10,785 nt of DNA, taken from Candidatus Latescibacterota bacterium. GTDB lineage: Bacteria > Latescibacterota > UBA2968 > UBA8231. Shown piece after piece: positions 1 through 8,667 of the stretch. The stretch spans positions 1 through 10,785 of the forward strand of contig CBDBIJ010000131.1 of the NCBI GenBank assembly GCA_965205655.1, in the 5' to 3' direction. The position numbers and the translations under genes were made by a program. The notes below the pieces were generated by a model. The model did no database searches. It was given only the letters and a program-made list of their open reading frames with translations, and was not told where the DNA came from. Position 1 is the stretch's first letter. Every line of letters begins with the position of its first letter.

Positions 1-52
1 GTCGTCGGCGCCTGAGGCGCACGCGAGAGATGGGGCACACGCCAGGGGGAAG

Positions 53-793
53 GTGGCGTTCGTAACAGGCGGAGCCTCGGGTATCGGTCGCGCCACCGCC
101 CTGCTGTTCGCGCAGAGGGGGGCGAAAGTAGCGATCGCCGATGTGAACGAAGCAGGCGGTGAAGAGACAGTGCGACAGGTGGAAGAGGCCGGCGGCGAGG
201 CCTTGTTTCTGAAAGCCGATGTCTCCAGTAGCAAGGAGGTCGAGGCTGCGGTGCGCAAGGTCGTCGAGAGCTACGGGAGGCTGGATTGGGCCTTCAACAA
301 TGCCGCCGTCAGGTCCGACGACCATGCGCTCACGGCCGACTATTCAGAAAAGGAGTGGGACAGGATCGTGGGCACCAACATCAAGTCCGTATTCCTGTGT
401 ATGAAGTACGAACTCCGTCACATGGTCGAGCGGGGCGAGGGCGTCATCGTGAACACGGCATCCGTTCACGGCCTCGTCGGCGCCGGACATGGCATCAACG
501 CCTACGTCGCCAGCAAACACGGCGTCGTCGGTCTGACGAAAGCCGCCGCATTGGAGTACGCGGACCAGGGGATCAGGATCAACGCCGTCTGCCCCGGGCA
601 TATCGAGACACCAATGATCGAGCATCTCGTGAACGATCCCGCCTGGATGAGTCGGACGACCGCTCAGTATCCGATGCGGCGAATCGGCTCGGCCGAGGAA
701 ATTGCCGAGGCTGTGCTGTGGCTGTGCTCCGACGCGGCGAGCTTCGTCACCGGTCACGCCTTGCCGCTGGAGGGGGGATTCCTGGCTCAATAG
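53..793 (+). CDS. Classical short-chain dehydrogenase/reductase (SDR), probably NAD(H)-dependent; true start uncertain
   Basis: Motifs TGGASGIG (TGxxxGxG), NNAA (NNAG variant), catalytic Ser in NTASVHG, YVASK (YxxxK) and IRINAVCPG. An acidic residue after beta-2 (IADVN) suggests NAD preference. In-frame codons G-K precede the GTG at 53 (GKVAFVTG), so the real start is probably slightly upstream. Confidence 0.93.
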   Translation: MAFVTGGASGIGRATALLFAQRGAKVAIADVNEAGGEETVRQVEEAGGEALFLKADVSSSKEVEAAVRKVVESYGRLDWAFNNAAVRSDDHALTADYSEKEWDRIVGTNIKSVFLCMKYELRHMVERGEGVIVNTASVHGLVGAGHGINAYVASKHGVVGLTKAAALEYADQGIRINAVCPGHIETPMIEHLVNDPAWMSRTTAQYPMRRIGSAEEIAEAVLWLCSDAASFVTGHALPLEGGFLAQ

Positions 794-868
794 CCCCTGC
801 GGGGCCACCTGCAAGGGCATGCGAGAGAATCGGTTGTGTCGGATCGGAGATGAGGGAACGTCCACCCG

Positions 869-896
869 GTAACAGATTTCGGTGATTCTGGTGTTT
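869..896 (+). promoter_or_regulatory. Possible ECF sigma-type promoter for the lipoprotein gene
   Basis: GTAAC (869-873), 17 nt, then GTGTTT (891-896), about 40 nt before the ATG at 934. It resembles the AAC/(C)GT architecture of ECF promoters; pattern match only. Confidence 0.25.
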
Positions 897-933
897 GAGA
901 AGTAGAAATCGATCATCGAAGGAGGTTACCATC

Positions 934-2394
934 ATGAAGACTCAGTTCCTCACAATTTTTCTGGCCGCGAGCCTCGCGCTCGGCCAACTCGCAGGCTGCA
1001 GCGGATCGGGAAAGAATCCAGCGGCTGCCACCGACAGCCCTGAATCTGACGATCTGCTGGTCGATGACGGTTCCGGGCGCGATGGCGGTTCGCCTGCCTC
1101 GAGCCGTCAAGATGTGAAGACGGATCCCGGTCGAGATGGCGACGTCCCCGTATCAAGCTCCCCTGACGAGACACCGGCAGGGGACCCCTCGATTCTCGTT
1201 CCGGCAGAAATCGGTCTCGAGGACCTCATCGACCGCCTGCTGTCTCTGGGAATGTCTGTCGACGAGGTAGGGGAGGAAGTCGGACACCCATACTTCACCC
1301 CTGCGGGCCACCTTCTGTCAGTCAATGGCGAAAACGTTCAAGCCTATAAGTACGAGTCGGCCGAGGAGGCCAAGAAGGAAGCCGCACAGGTGTCACCGGA
1401 CGGCAGCAAGGAGGGGATCAACTTCATTCGTTGGCCCGGTCCTCAGCACTTCTACGCTCTCGATCGCTTCGTTTTCGTCTACATCGGGGAAAACGAAGAT
1501 GTGATCGGCGGGCTGAACGGAGCCTTCGGCGGTCCCTTCGCAGGACCTGGAATCATCGTCTTCGATCCCGAACCGCTGCCGGTCGACGAACCGCTGCCGG
1601 TCGAGCCGGCGGGTCCGGACCGTGACCAACCGATTGCCGATTTCGAGGAGGCGTCACTCTTCTTCGCGACGACTCCCGAGGAGGTCGAGCGTCTGATCGG
1701 GGCAGTGCAGGAGCCCGGGCTCGCCGACGAGCTGAAAGACATCGGTCTCGGGCAATACTGGGTGCTCGTCGTGTTTCGAGGCGAGAAGCCCACGTCCGGG
1801 TATGAGATCACCATCGAGGATATCAAGACATTCGAGAGCGAAGTGGAAGTGGATGTTTCGCTGACGAACCCGGCGCCAGACGCGATCGTGGCACAGGTCA
1901 TCACCTATCCGGTGGCGGTCGAGGTCATAGCGATTTCCGAAATCGCCGACCCAAGCCTGATGGACTGGGTCGTCCTCGACCAGAACGGTGAGGTGTTGTC
2001 CAAGCTGGGGGCGATGACTGGAGGTGCCGGGGCAGATGGCGGCTCCAGTGACACCGACATCGGACTCGAGCCCGAACCGCCGCCGACGAACATCCTCTAC
2101 AAGGCCGACATCAGAGGCACGATTTCATCCCTGGAAATAGTGGAGGACGAGAACGGCGAGCGCCTGGTGAGCATGCTGGTTGAAGGCGAAGTCGAGCCGG
2201 ACACGATCGTCGACCGCGCTCGCGTGACGGTTTCGGACGAGACACCAATCGTCGTCGTCGGCAGCGAAGAGGACAGGAACGTGACTGTCGACGAGCTCGA
2301 GCCGGGAATCATGGTGCAGGTCTTGTTCGACGGCCCCGTTAGGGAATCCTACCCGGTTCAGGCATCGGCGGCTGTCGTGGTGATTCTGAAGTAG
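934..2394 (+). CDS. Acidic multidomain lipoprotein (486 aa): unnamed N-terminal domain, PrcB C-terminal-like domain, and YobA/DUF3221-like OB-fold domain
   Basis: Strong RBS AAGGAGGT (919-926) before ATG 934, preferred over the track start at 895. Signal peptide MKTQFLTIFLAASLALGQ-LAGC has the lipobox Cys22. VFRGEKPTSGYEITIEDI...VAQVITYP resembles PrcB_C. DIRGTI...LVEG...V.V.FDGPVRESYPVQASA resembles DUF3221/YobA. Domains were recognised by eye and are separated by Pro/Gly/Ser/Asp linkers. Confidence 0.82.
   Translation: MKTQFLTIFLAASLALGQLAGCSGSGKNPAAATDSPESDDLLVDDGSGRDGGSPASSRQDVKTDPGRDGDVPVSSSPDETPAGDPSILVPAEIGLEDLIDRLLSLGMSVDEVGEEVGHPYFTPAGHLLSVNGENVQAYKYESAEEAKKEAAQVSPDGSKEGINFIRWPGPQHFYALDRFVFVYIGENEDVIGGLNGAFGGPFAGPGIIVFDPEPLPVDEPLPVEPAGPDRDQPIADFEEASLFFATTPEEVERLIGAVQEPGLADELKDIGLGQYWVLVVFRGEKPTSGYEITIEDIKTFESEVEVDVSLTNPAPDAIVAQVITYPVAVEVIAISEIADPSLMDWVVLDQNGEVLSKLGAMTGGAGADGGSSDTDIGLEPEPPPTNILYKADIRGTISSLEIVEDENGERLVSMLVEGEVEPDTIVDRARVTVSDETPIVVVGSEEDRNVTVDELEPGIMVQVLFDGPVRESYPVQASAAVVVILK
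1570..1604 (+). repeat. In-frame 18-bp tandem duplication encoding EPLPVD-EPLPVE in a linker
   Basis: GAACCGCTGCCGGTCGAC (1570-1587) is followed by GAACCGCTGCCGGTCGA (1588-1604). Confidence 0.9.
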
Positions 2395-2421
2395 CGCGTC
2401 TCGATAAACCCTGTATGCCAG

Positions 2422-2457
2422 AGGCCCGCATTCCGTTAGGATGCGGGCCTTTGTCGT
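2422..2457 (+). terminator. Rho-independent terminator after the lipoprotein gene
   Basis: Perfect 10-bp stem AGGCCCGCAT (2422-2431) / ATGCGGGCCT (2441-2450), extendable inward, running into TTTGTCGT about 30 nt after the stop codon. Confidence 0.8.
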
Positions 2458-2595
2458 GTACGGTGCCCGCGCCGGTGTCAACGGTCGGCGTCCGCGCTCG
2501 TACCAGCGCCGCGCAGACCTTTCTGACTGCCGCTGTGAGAGCTATTTTAGAAAGCCGACTCGAGTCGAACCAGAGAAACAAACGCGGATGGTGAA

Positions 2596-4297
2596 TTGAC
2601 CACAACTGCAGAGCAAATCATACACGGCCAGCAACGGCAGCAGCCGACTCCGATGACCGGCGGCGATCTCCTCATCGAGTGCCTGAAGGCGCAGGGAGTA
2701 GGCTGCATGTTCGGGATGCCGGGCACCCAGAATCTGCAGATCTACGATGCCCTCAAGCGCTGCGGCGAGCCCGTCATCGAACACTACCTCGTGCGTCACG
2801 AGTACGCCGCGACGGTCATGGCGGACGGCTATGCGCGCTCGACCGGAGAAATCGGCGTTGCCCTGACGGTGCCGGGACCGGGGGCAAGCAACGCCTCCAC
2901 CGGGTTGCTGCAGGCATTGACCGACTGCGTGCCGGTGTTGTTGATCACCGGCCAGAGCGACAGCCGGCACTACTCGCGGGATCCGAGCAAGATGTTCCAC
3001 GGCCTCGATCAGATGCGCTTCTTCGAGCCCATCACCAAATACTGCGCCATCGCTCACAGCGCTGGGGAGATTCCGCAGGTCGTGGAGAACGCCTTTCGCG
3101 CCATGCGTTCGGGTCGGCCGGGGCCGACGATGCTGGAGTTTCCACAGGATGTGATCACATCTGAGGTGGAGGAAGCGTCGATTCCGCCGCGCGTAGAGAA
3201 GCAGCAGCCAGCTGCGCCGGACGGAGCCGAGCTTCAACGGGCTGCACGTCTGATCGAGCGGGCGGAGAGACCCGCTCTGCTCGCCGGCATGACCGTAGCC
3301 GATGGCGACGCCGGCGATGAGTTGAGAGCGCTGGCGGAGAAGCTGGCGGCGCCGGTGATCGTGTCGCGGCGCGGCAAGGGCGCGCTCCGGGAAGACCACC
3401 CGCTGGCGCTATGTGATATAAGAGGGTTTCGCTCCATGCGAGCTCTGGAAGTGGCGGATTGCACCGTGGCCATCGGCTGCAGGTTCACGTCGATCGACAC
3501 CGGGTACTGGAGCCTCGAGTTTCCGCGGCCCCTCATCCAGCTCGATCCCGAGGAGGCTGAAATCGGGCGCGAGTATGCCTGCGATGTGGGGATCGCCGGA
3601 GATCTGAAGCAGAGTCTGGGCGCGCTGCAGAGGCACGTGAGCGAGAAGAGCCAATGGGCGCCCATGCTTGAGGGTTTGCGGGCGCAGTTCGAGGCCCAAC
3701 CACCACTGCCTCTGCTGCCGGAGATACGACGGGTGCTCCCCGAGGACGGAATCGCGGCCTTCGACGTTCACGCCATCGGCTACTCGTGCTTCGCCGAGTA
3801 TCCGGTCTACGACCCGAGGACCTTTATCTATCCGTGCATCGGCGTCTCTCTGGGGCACGCCTTTCCGGCCGCGCTGGGTGCGAAGATCGCCAACCCCGAT
3901 CGGCCGGTCGTGTGTTTTAGCGGTGACGGCGGCTTCATGATGGGCAGTTTCGAGCTGGCCACGGCGATGCAGTACGGCATCGATGTGGTAACTGTCGTCG
4001 TCGTCGACGGCGCCCTGACGGCCATCAAGGCAGCGCAGCGGAAGCAGTGTGAGGGCCGCACCATCGACACGGAGCTTCACAATCCGGATTTTGTCGAGCT
4101 CGCCAGGTCGTTCGGCGCCTACGCCGAGCGCGTAGAGGACCTGGCGCGCTTCGAGGATGCTCTGCGCCAGGCCCTGGCTTCCGGGGCGCCCGGCAGTGCT
4201 GGAAGTGTCGCTGCAAGGGCGGCAGGAGGAGCTGATGGAGTGGGTGACCTGGCTGCGAGAAGAGCCCCTCCGCGGTCCGGCCGAGGCTTCGCAATGA
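2596..4297 (+). CDS. Thiamine diphosphate-dependent enzyme (acetolactate synthase/pyruvate oxidase superfamily) with a one-base frameshift near the 3' end
   Basis: MTGGDLLIECLKAQGV..FGMPG, RHE (catalytic Glu), MADGYAR, GPGASN, AMRSGRPGP and SGDGGF motifs. Deleting one G from GGGG 4183-4186 gives the family-typical end ALASGRPAVLEV...* with stop 4295-4297. Start is TTG 2596 (566 aa corrected) or ATG 2653 (547 aa). Confidence 0.88.
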
Positions 4298-4644
4298 GAG
4301 TCGTACGGTTCAACGAAGCGGAGCGCTACGAGCCGGAGAAGGACTGGAAGCGGCTGAGTCTGTGTGCCGGCGGTGACATCTCGATCGAGCATTTCGTCAA
4401 GCCTCCCGGCCACGCTTCGCCGAGACACGACCACCCGAACGCCCAGATTCTCGTCGTTCTCGAAGGGAGAATGCTCATCACCACAGATGACGAGGAAGTC
4501 GAACTCGGGAAGGGTGACACCGCCTACATTCCCGGCGACGAGCCGCATGTGGTGACGAATCCACTGGATGAGCCATCGGTGGGCCTGGACATTTTCGTGC
4601 CCGGGCGCTCGTTCGACTTCTGGCTCAAACGGCAGCAAAGCTGA
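4294..4644 (+). CDS. Stand-alone cupin-domain protein (116 aa, Cupin_2-like)
   Basis: The ATG overlaps the corrected stop of the ThDP gene (ATGA, 4294-4297). Cupin motif 1 is PRHDHPNAQILVVLEG and motif 2 is GDTAYIPGDEPHVVTN. Confidence 0.88.
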   Translation: MRVVRFNEAERYEPEKDWKRLSLCAGGDISIEHFVKPPGHASPRHDHPNAQILVVLEGRMLITTDDEEVELGKGDTAYIPGDEPHVVTNPLDEPSVGLDIFVPGRSFDFWLKRQQS

Positions 4645-4659
4645 GAGAGGAGATAGATC

Positions 4660-5682
4660 GTGAAAATGGCCATGCTCCACGGTCCCCGGGATCTGCGGAT
4701 CGATGAACAGGAACTGGATACGACGAACCTGGCTGACAATGAGGTTTGGGTGGAAACGGAGATCACGGCGCTGAAGATCGGCACTGACCGAGGCAACTAC
4801 GAGGGCGCCGAACACGTCCCCGGGGCTCCGCAGGAGTATCCGCGCTGGGTCGGAGACAGCAATCTGGGAGTCGTGCGCGGGGTGGGCAACAAGGTGTCGC
4901 GATTTCAGATCGGCGACCGCGTCGTGTCCCGCAAGTTTCACCAATCAGAGTACGTCGCCCCGGAAATTGGCGGAGAGCACCTCGTAAAGGTTCCGGAGGG
5001 GGTGGACTCGGAGGACGCGGTCTGGTCGCACCTCTACGCCCTGAGCTCTCTGTGTTACACGAAGGCGCTGTTCATGCCGGGCGAGAACGTGGCAGTGGTC
5101 GGGCTCGGCGTTCTCGGCCTGGGAGCTGTCGGAGTGGGTCAGGCGATCGGAGCCCGGGTGGTCGGCCTGGCAAACAGCCCCGTGAGGATGGAGATGGCAA
5201 AGAAGGTGGGCGCCCACGCCTGCTTCATGTCCGACGACGCTGATCTCAAGAAGAAACTGGACGAGTTCACCGACGGCGTGGGGATCGATCTCGTCATTCT
5301 CACGGCCAACCCATGGCCGGCATTTCGCACCTCGCTGGATGTCGTACGGAACAGCGGGCGGGTCTCGGTGGTCAGTCTGCTCGGGCGTGGCGAGGAGAAG
5401 CTCGAGTCCAATCCCCTGCCGATGGACCTGTTCTATATGAAGGGCATTTCCATCATCGCCGTGTCATCTCAGCCCGGCTACCTGTTTCCCGACGGCAGCG
5501 GCGACCGCTATGACGGGATGAAGCGGTGCAGCCATATGCTGTCTCTGATGGCAGACGGCAGGCTCGAGCCGAAGCAGTTGATTACCCACCGGCTCAACTA
5601 CACAAAAATGAAAGAGGCCTACGAGATGATCTACCACCGCGAGAAAAACATGCTCGGCGTCATTTTCCGGTGGCGGGATTGA
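4660..5682 (+). CDS. MDR-superfamily (alcohol dehydrogenase-like) oxidoreductase lacking the canonical zinc ligands
   Basis: RBS GAGAGGAG before GTG. GroES-like N-terminus (LHGPRDLR...EVWV...GTD...IGDRVV), Rossmann motif VVGLGVLG, and C-terminal LITHR...EAYE...GVIF.W. Confidence 0.9.
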   Translation: MKMAMLHGPRDLRIDEQELDTTNLADNEVWVETEITALKIGTDRGNYEGAEHVPGAPQEYPRWVGDSNLGVVRGVGNKVSRFQIGDRVVSRKFHQSEYVAPEIGGEHLVKVPEGVDSEDAVWSHLYALSSLCYTKALFMPGENVAVVGLGVLGLGAVGVGQAIGARVVGLANSPVRMEMAKKVGAHACFMSDDADLKKKLDEFTDGVGIDLVILTANPWPAFRTSLDVVRNSGRVSVVSLLGRGEEKLESNPLPMDLFYMKGISIIAVSSQPGYLFPDGSGDRYDGMKRCSHMLSLMADGRLEPKQLITHRLNYTKMKEAYEMIYHREKNMLGVIFRWRD

Positions 5683-8507
5683 CCCAGACCGCCGAACTGA
5701 ATCTGGGTGACCGCACGGCACCCGCGCCCACAGCAGGGAAGAAAGCATACCTGCTCGACGGCATGGCCCTCGTCTACCGGGGCTACTTCGCCATGATCAA
5801 GAATCCACCGAGGACGGCGACGGGGATGAACACGGCCGCTGCCTTCGTGTTCACATCCACCCTCCTCGAGATCATGGACAAGTACCAGCCGACACACATG
5901 GCCGTCGCCTTCGATACTCCCGTACCGACCTACCGCCACGAGGAGTTCCCCGCGTACAAGGCCCAGCGGGAAGAGATGCCAGACGACCTGTCGCAGGCCC
6001 TGCCTGCCATTTTCCGGCTGTGCGAGGGCTTCAATCTGCCGGTCATTCGGGTCGACGGGTGGGAGGCGGACGACGTTATCGGCACCCTGGCGACCGCAGC
6101 CGAGCCGCTGGGTTTCGACACCTACATGGTGACGCCGGACAAGGACTTCGCCCAGCTCGTGTCCGAGCACACCTTCATCTACAAGCCCGGCAGGGCGGGC
6201 AGGGACACTGAGATTCTCGGCGTTGGTGAGGTGCTCGAAAAATGGCAGGTCGAGCGGGTCGATCAGGTGGTGGACATTCTGGCGCTGATGGGCGACTCGG
6301 TCGACAACATTCCGGGCGTTCCCGGCATCGGACAGAAGACGGCGCAGAAACTCATCGCCGAGTTCGACAGCGTCGAGAATCTCCTCGAGCACGTGGACGA
6401 GATAAAAGGGAAGCGACGTCAGGTACTGGAGGACAACAGGCAGAATGCCCTGCTGTCGAAGAGACTGGTGACGATTCAGCGCGACGTGTCGCTGGACGTT
6501 ACGATGGAGGATCTGATAAGAAAACCGCTCGATGAGGATGCTCTGAAGGAACTGTTCGGCGAGCTCGAGTTCAAGATGTTCGGCAAGAGGCTGTTCGGCG
6601 AGGGATTCGACACGAGCCCTCAGAAGGTGACGGTGCGGCAGGACGGCAGCGGCGATGGCGGCGTCCAGGAAGAGCTCGACCTGGATCTGAAAACCATCGA
6701 CACCGTGGAACACGACTATCGCCTCGTGGAAGATGTAGACGCGTTTGCAACTCTCATGCGAGAGCTGGAGAATCGCGGTTCCTTCTGTCTCGATCTGGAG
6801 ACCTCGAGTCTGAACCCGAAGGCATGCGATATCGTCGGCATGGCCGTCTCATATGAGCCTCACACCGGATTCTACGTGCCCCTTTCAGGTGATGGTGGAT
6901 CGGATACCGGCTTCACTCTCGACGATCTGCGGCCGGCTCTGGAGAATCCCGCCATCGAAAAGATCGGTCACAACCTGAAGTTCGATTTGCTCGCTTTGCG
7001 CTGGCACGGCGTCGAGGTCAAGGGCAAGCTGTTCGATACCATGGTCGTGGCGTTTCTGGCCACCCCGGATCTGCGGCGCGGCCTCGACTATCTGTCACAG
7101 GCGCTGCTGGGTTACAAGCCGGTGCCGATATCGGCGCTTCTCGGGGAAAAGGGAAGCGAGCAGCGAAGCATGGCCGAGGTACCTCTCGAGGAGGTCACCG
7201 AATACGCGGTCGAGGACGCCGATCTAACACTGCAGCTGAGCGAGATCCTTCGGGGCGAGATGGAAGAGAAGAACCAGACGCGCCTCTACGAAGAGGTGGA
7301 GTACCCGCTCATACCGGTGCTCGCCGCTATGGAGCACGCGGGTATTCGCGTCGACGCCGATGTCTTGAGAGACCTGTCAGAAGAGATGGCAGCCGATATC
7401 GAGGCTGCGGCAAAGCAGATAGAGGAGCTGGCCGGCGAGCCGTTCAACCTGAACTCGCCGAGCCAGCTTGGCACGATCCTGTTCGACAAGCTGAAGCTCG
7501 ATCCCCACGCGCGGCGAACGCAGAAGAGCAAACAGTACAAGACCGATGAGCTCGTTCTGACGAAGCTCTCCCACGAACATGAGATCGCCCGTCAGATCCT
7601 CGACTACCGCCTGTGCACGAAGCTGAAGTCGACGTATCTCGACATGCTGCCGGGAACCATCTTCCCGCAGACCGGGCGGGTGCACACCTACTACGAGCAG
7701 GCTGTCGCCGCCACCGGGCGCATGCAGTCCAGCAACCCGAATCTCCAGAACATCCCAATCCGTACCGAGCGGGGTCGCGAGATCAGGATGGCCTTCGTGC
7801 CGGGCGGGGACGACTACACGCTGCTGACGGCGGACTACTCACAGATCGAGCTTCGCGTCATCGCGGAAATGAGTGGCGACGAACGGATGAACCGGGCCTT
7901 TCGGACGGGAGAGGATATCCACACGGTGACCGCGAGTCGGGTGTACGAGGTGCCACCGGATGAGGTGACCGACGACATGCGGCGCAAGTCGAAGACGGTC
8001 AACTTCGGCATCATCTACGGTATTTCCGCTTTCGGGCTGTCGGAGCGGCTCGGTCTGCCGCGCGGGACTGCCTCGGAGATGATCGAGCATTATTTCGAGG
8101 AATACCCCGGCGTGCGCCGGCATATGGACGAGGCGATCGAATTCGCCAGAGAAAACGGATATGTCGAGACGATGATGGGAAGGCGTCGCTACTTGCGGGA
8201 TATCAACTCCCGCAGCGCTGCGGCTCGCAAGGCGGCGGAGCGCAACGCCATCAACTCGCCGATTCAGGGTACGGCGGCGGACATGATCAAGCTGGCGATG
8301 GTGAAGATCCACGAGGCTCAGGTGGAGAGGGGGTGGAAGACGAAGATGCTGCTGCAAGTTCACGACGAGCTGGTTTTCGATCTGTTCCGCGAGGAGGAGG
8401 TGGAGGTGAAGGAGGTGGTCGAGGACGCCATGAAGACGGCGATTCCGATGTCGGTGCCGATTGAAGTGGAGATGGGAACGGGGGAGAACTGGTTGGTGGC
8501 GCATTGA
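5679..8507 (+). CDS. polA: DNA polymerase I (5'-3' exonuclease, 3'-5' exonuclease, family A polymerase), about 942 aa
   Basis: 5' nuclease: LLDGMALVYR, YKAQR, EADDVIGTLA, DKD, GDSVDNIPGVPGIGQKTA. Proofreading: ExoI DLET, ExoII HNLKFD, ExoIII YAVED. Polymerase: motif A DYSQIELR, motif B RRKSKTVNFGIIYG, motif C VHDEL. Start is inferred at TTG 5679, overlapping the upstream TGA; the track start at 5526 lies deep inside the MDR gene. Confidence 0.98.
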   Translation: MTQTAELNLGDRTAPAPTAGKKAYLLDGMALVYRGYFAMIKNPPRTATGMNTAAAFVFTSTLLEIMDKYQPTHMAVAFDTPVPTYRHEEFPAYKAQREEMPDDLSQALPAIFRLCEGFNLPVIRVDGWEADDVIGTLATAAEPLGFDTYMVTPDKDFAQLVSEHTFIYKPGRAGRDTEILGVGEVLEKWQVERVDQVVDILALMGDSVDNIPGVPGIGQKTAQKLIAEFDSVENLLEHVDEIKGKRRQVLEDNRQNALLSKRLVTIQRDVSLDVTMEDLIRKPLDEDALKELFGELEFKMFGKRLFGEGFDTSPQKVTVRQDGSGDGGVQEELDLDLKTIDTVEHDYRLVEDVDAFATLMRELENRGSFCLDLETSSLNPKACDIVGMAVSYEPHTGFYVPLSGDGGSDTGFTLDDLRPALENPAIEKIGHNLKFDLLALRWHGVEVKGKLFDTMVVAFLATPDLRRGLDYLSQALLGYKPVPISALLGEKGSEQRSMAEVPLEEVTEYAVEDADLTLQLSEILRGEMEEKNQTRLYEEVEYPLIPVLAAMEHAGIRVDADVLRDLSEEMAADIEAAAKQIEELAGEPFNLNSPSQLGTILFDKLKLDPHARRTQKSKQYKTDELVLTKLSHEHEIARQILDYRLCTKLKSTYLDMLPGTIFPQTGRVHTYYEQAVAATGRMQSSNPNLQNIPIRTERGREIRMAFVPGGDDYTLLTADYSQIELRVIAEMSGDERMNRAFRTGEDIHTVTASRVYEVPPDEVTDDMRRKSKTVNFGIIYGISAFGLSERLGLPRGTASEMIEHYFEEYPGVRRHMDEAIEFARENGYVETMMGRRRYLRDINSRSAAARKAAERNAINSPIQGTAADMIKLAMVKIHEAQVERGWKTKMLLQVHDELVFDLFREEEVEVKEVVEDAMKTAIPMSVPIEVEMGTGENWLVAH

Positions 8508-8530
8508 TGAGGGTCGCATGTCTGGGGTGC

Positions 8531-8667
8531 GGGCGGTCCGGTGTGTCACGCTCACTCATTCTCGCAGCGCCATCCAGGCGCTGCTCCGAGGTTTTCGCTC
8601 GCAGGCCGTCATCCTGACGGCCGGACTGCGAGCTCTCAATCCGTTCGCGCGACACACCGGACCGCCC
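8531..8667. repeat. Structured extragenic repeat element, copy 1 (137 bp between terminal inverted repeats; similarity extends to about 8514-8697)
   Basis: GGGCGGTCCGGTGTGTC (8531-8547) and GACACACCGGACCGCCC (8651-8667) form a perfect 17-bp inverted repeat. Internal hairpins lie at 8564-8584 and 8597-8633. Segment 8583-8646 matches 10668-10731 at 63/64 positions. Confidence 0.92.

Noticed and set aside
1..15. GTC GTC GGC GCC TGA as the end of an upstream gene
   Set aside because: Only four codons are visible, which cannot support a call.
793..805. Hairpin GCCCC-TGC-GGGGC after the SDR stop
   Set aside because: Only 5 bp with no U-tract, too weak to call a terminator.
1063..1165. Degenerate peptide repeat DDGSGRDGGSPASS / TDPGRDGDVPVSSS
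   Set aside because: Weak similarity inside a low-complexity linker; no independent significance.
2596..4644. 682-aa ThDP enzyme-cupin fusion as a novel domain architecture
   Set aside because: Better explained by one extra G at 4183-4186; the proper ThDP C-terminus and an ATGA overlap exist in the shifted frame.
5526..5678. 51-aa N-terminal extension of PolA in the ORF track
   Set aside because: It overlaps the conserved C-terminus of the MDR gene and has no PolA-like sequence.
2542..8555. Long antisense ORFs (2542-3399, 3409-4944, 5631-6713, 7839-8555) and other nested ORFs
   Set aside because: They are shadows of well-supported + strand genes, as expected in GC-rich DNA, and show no recognisable motifs.
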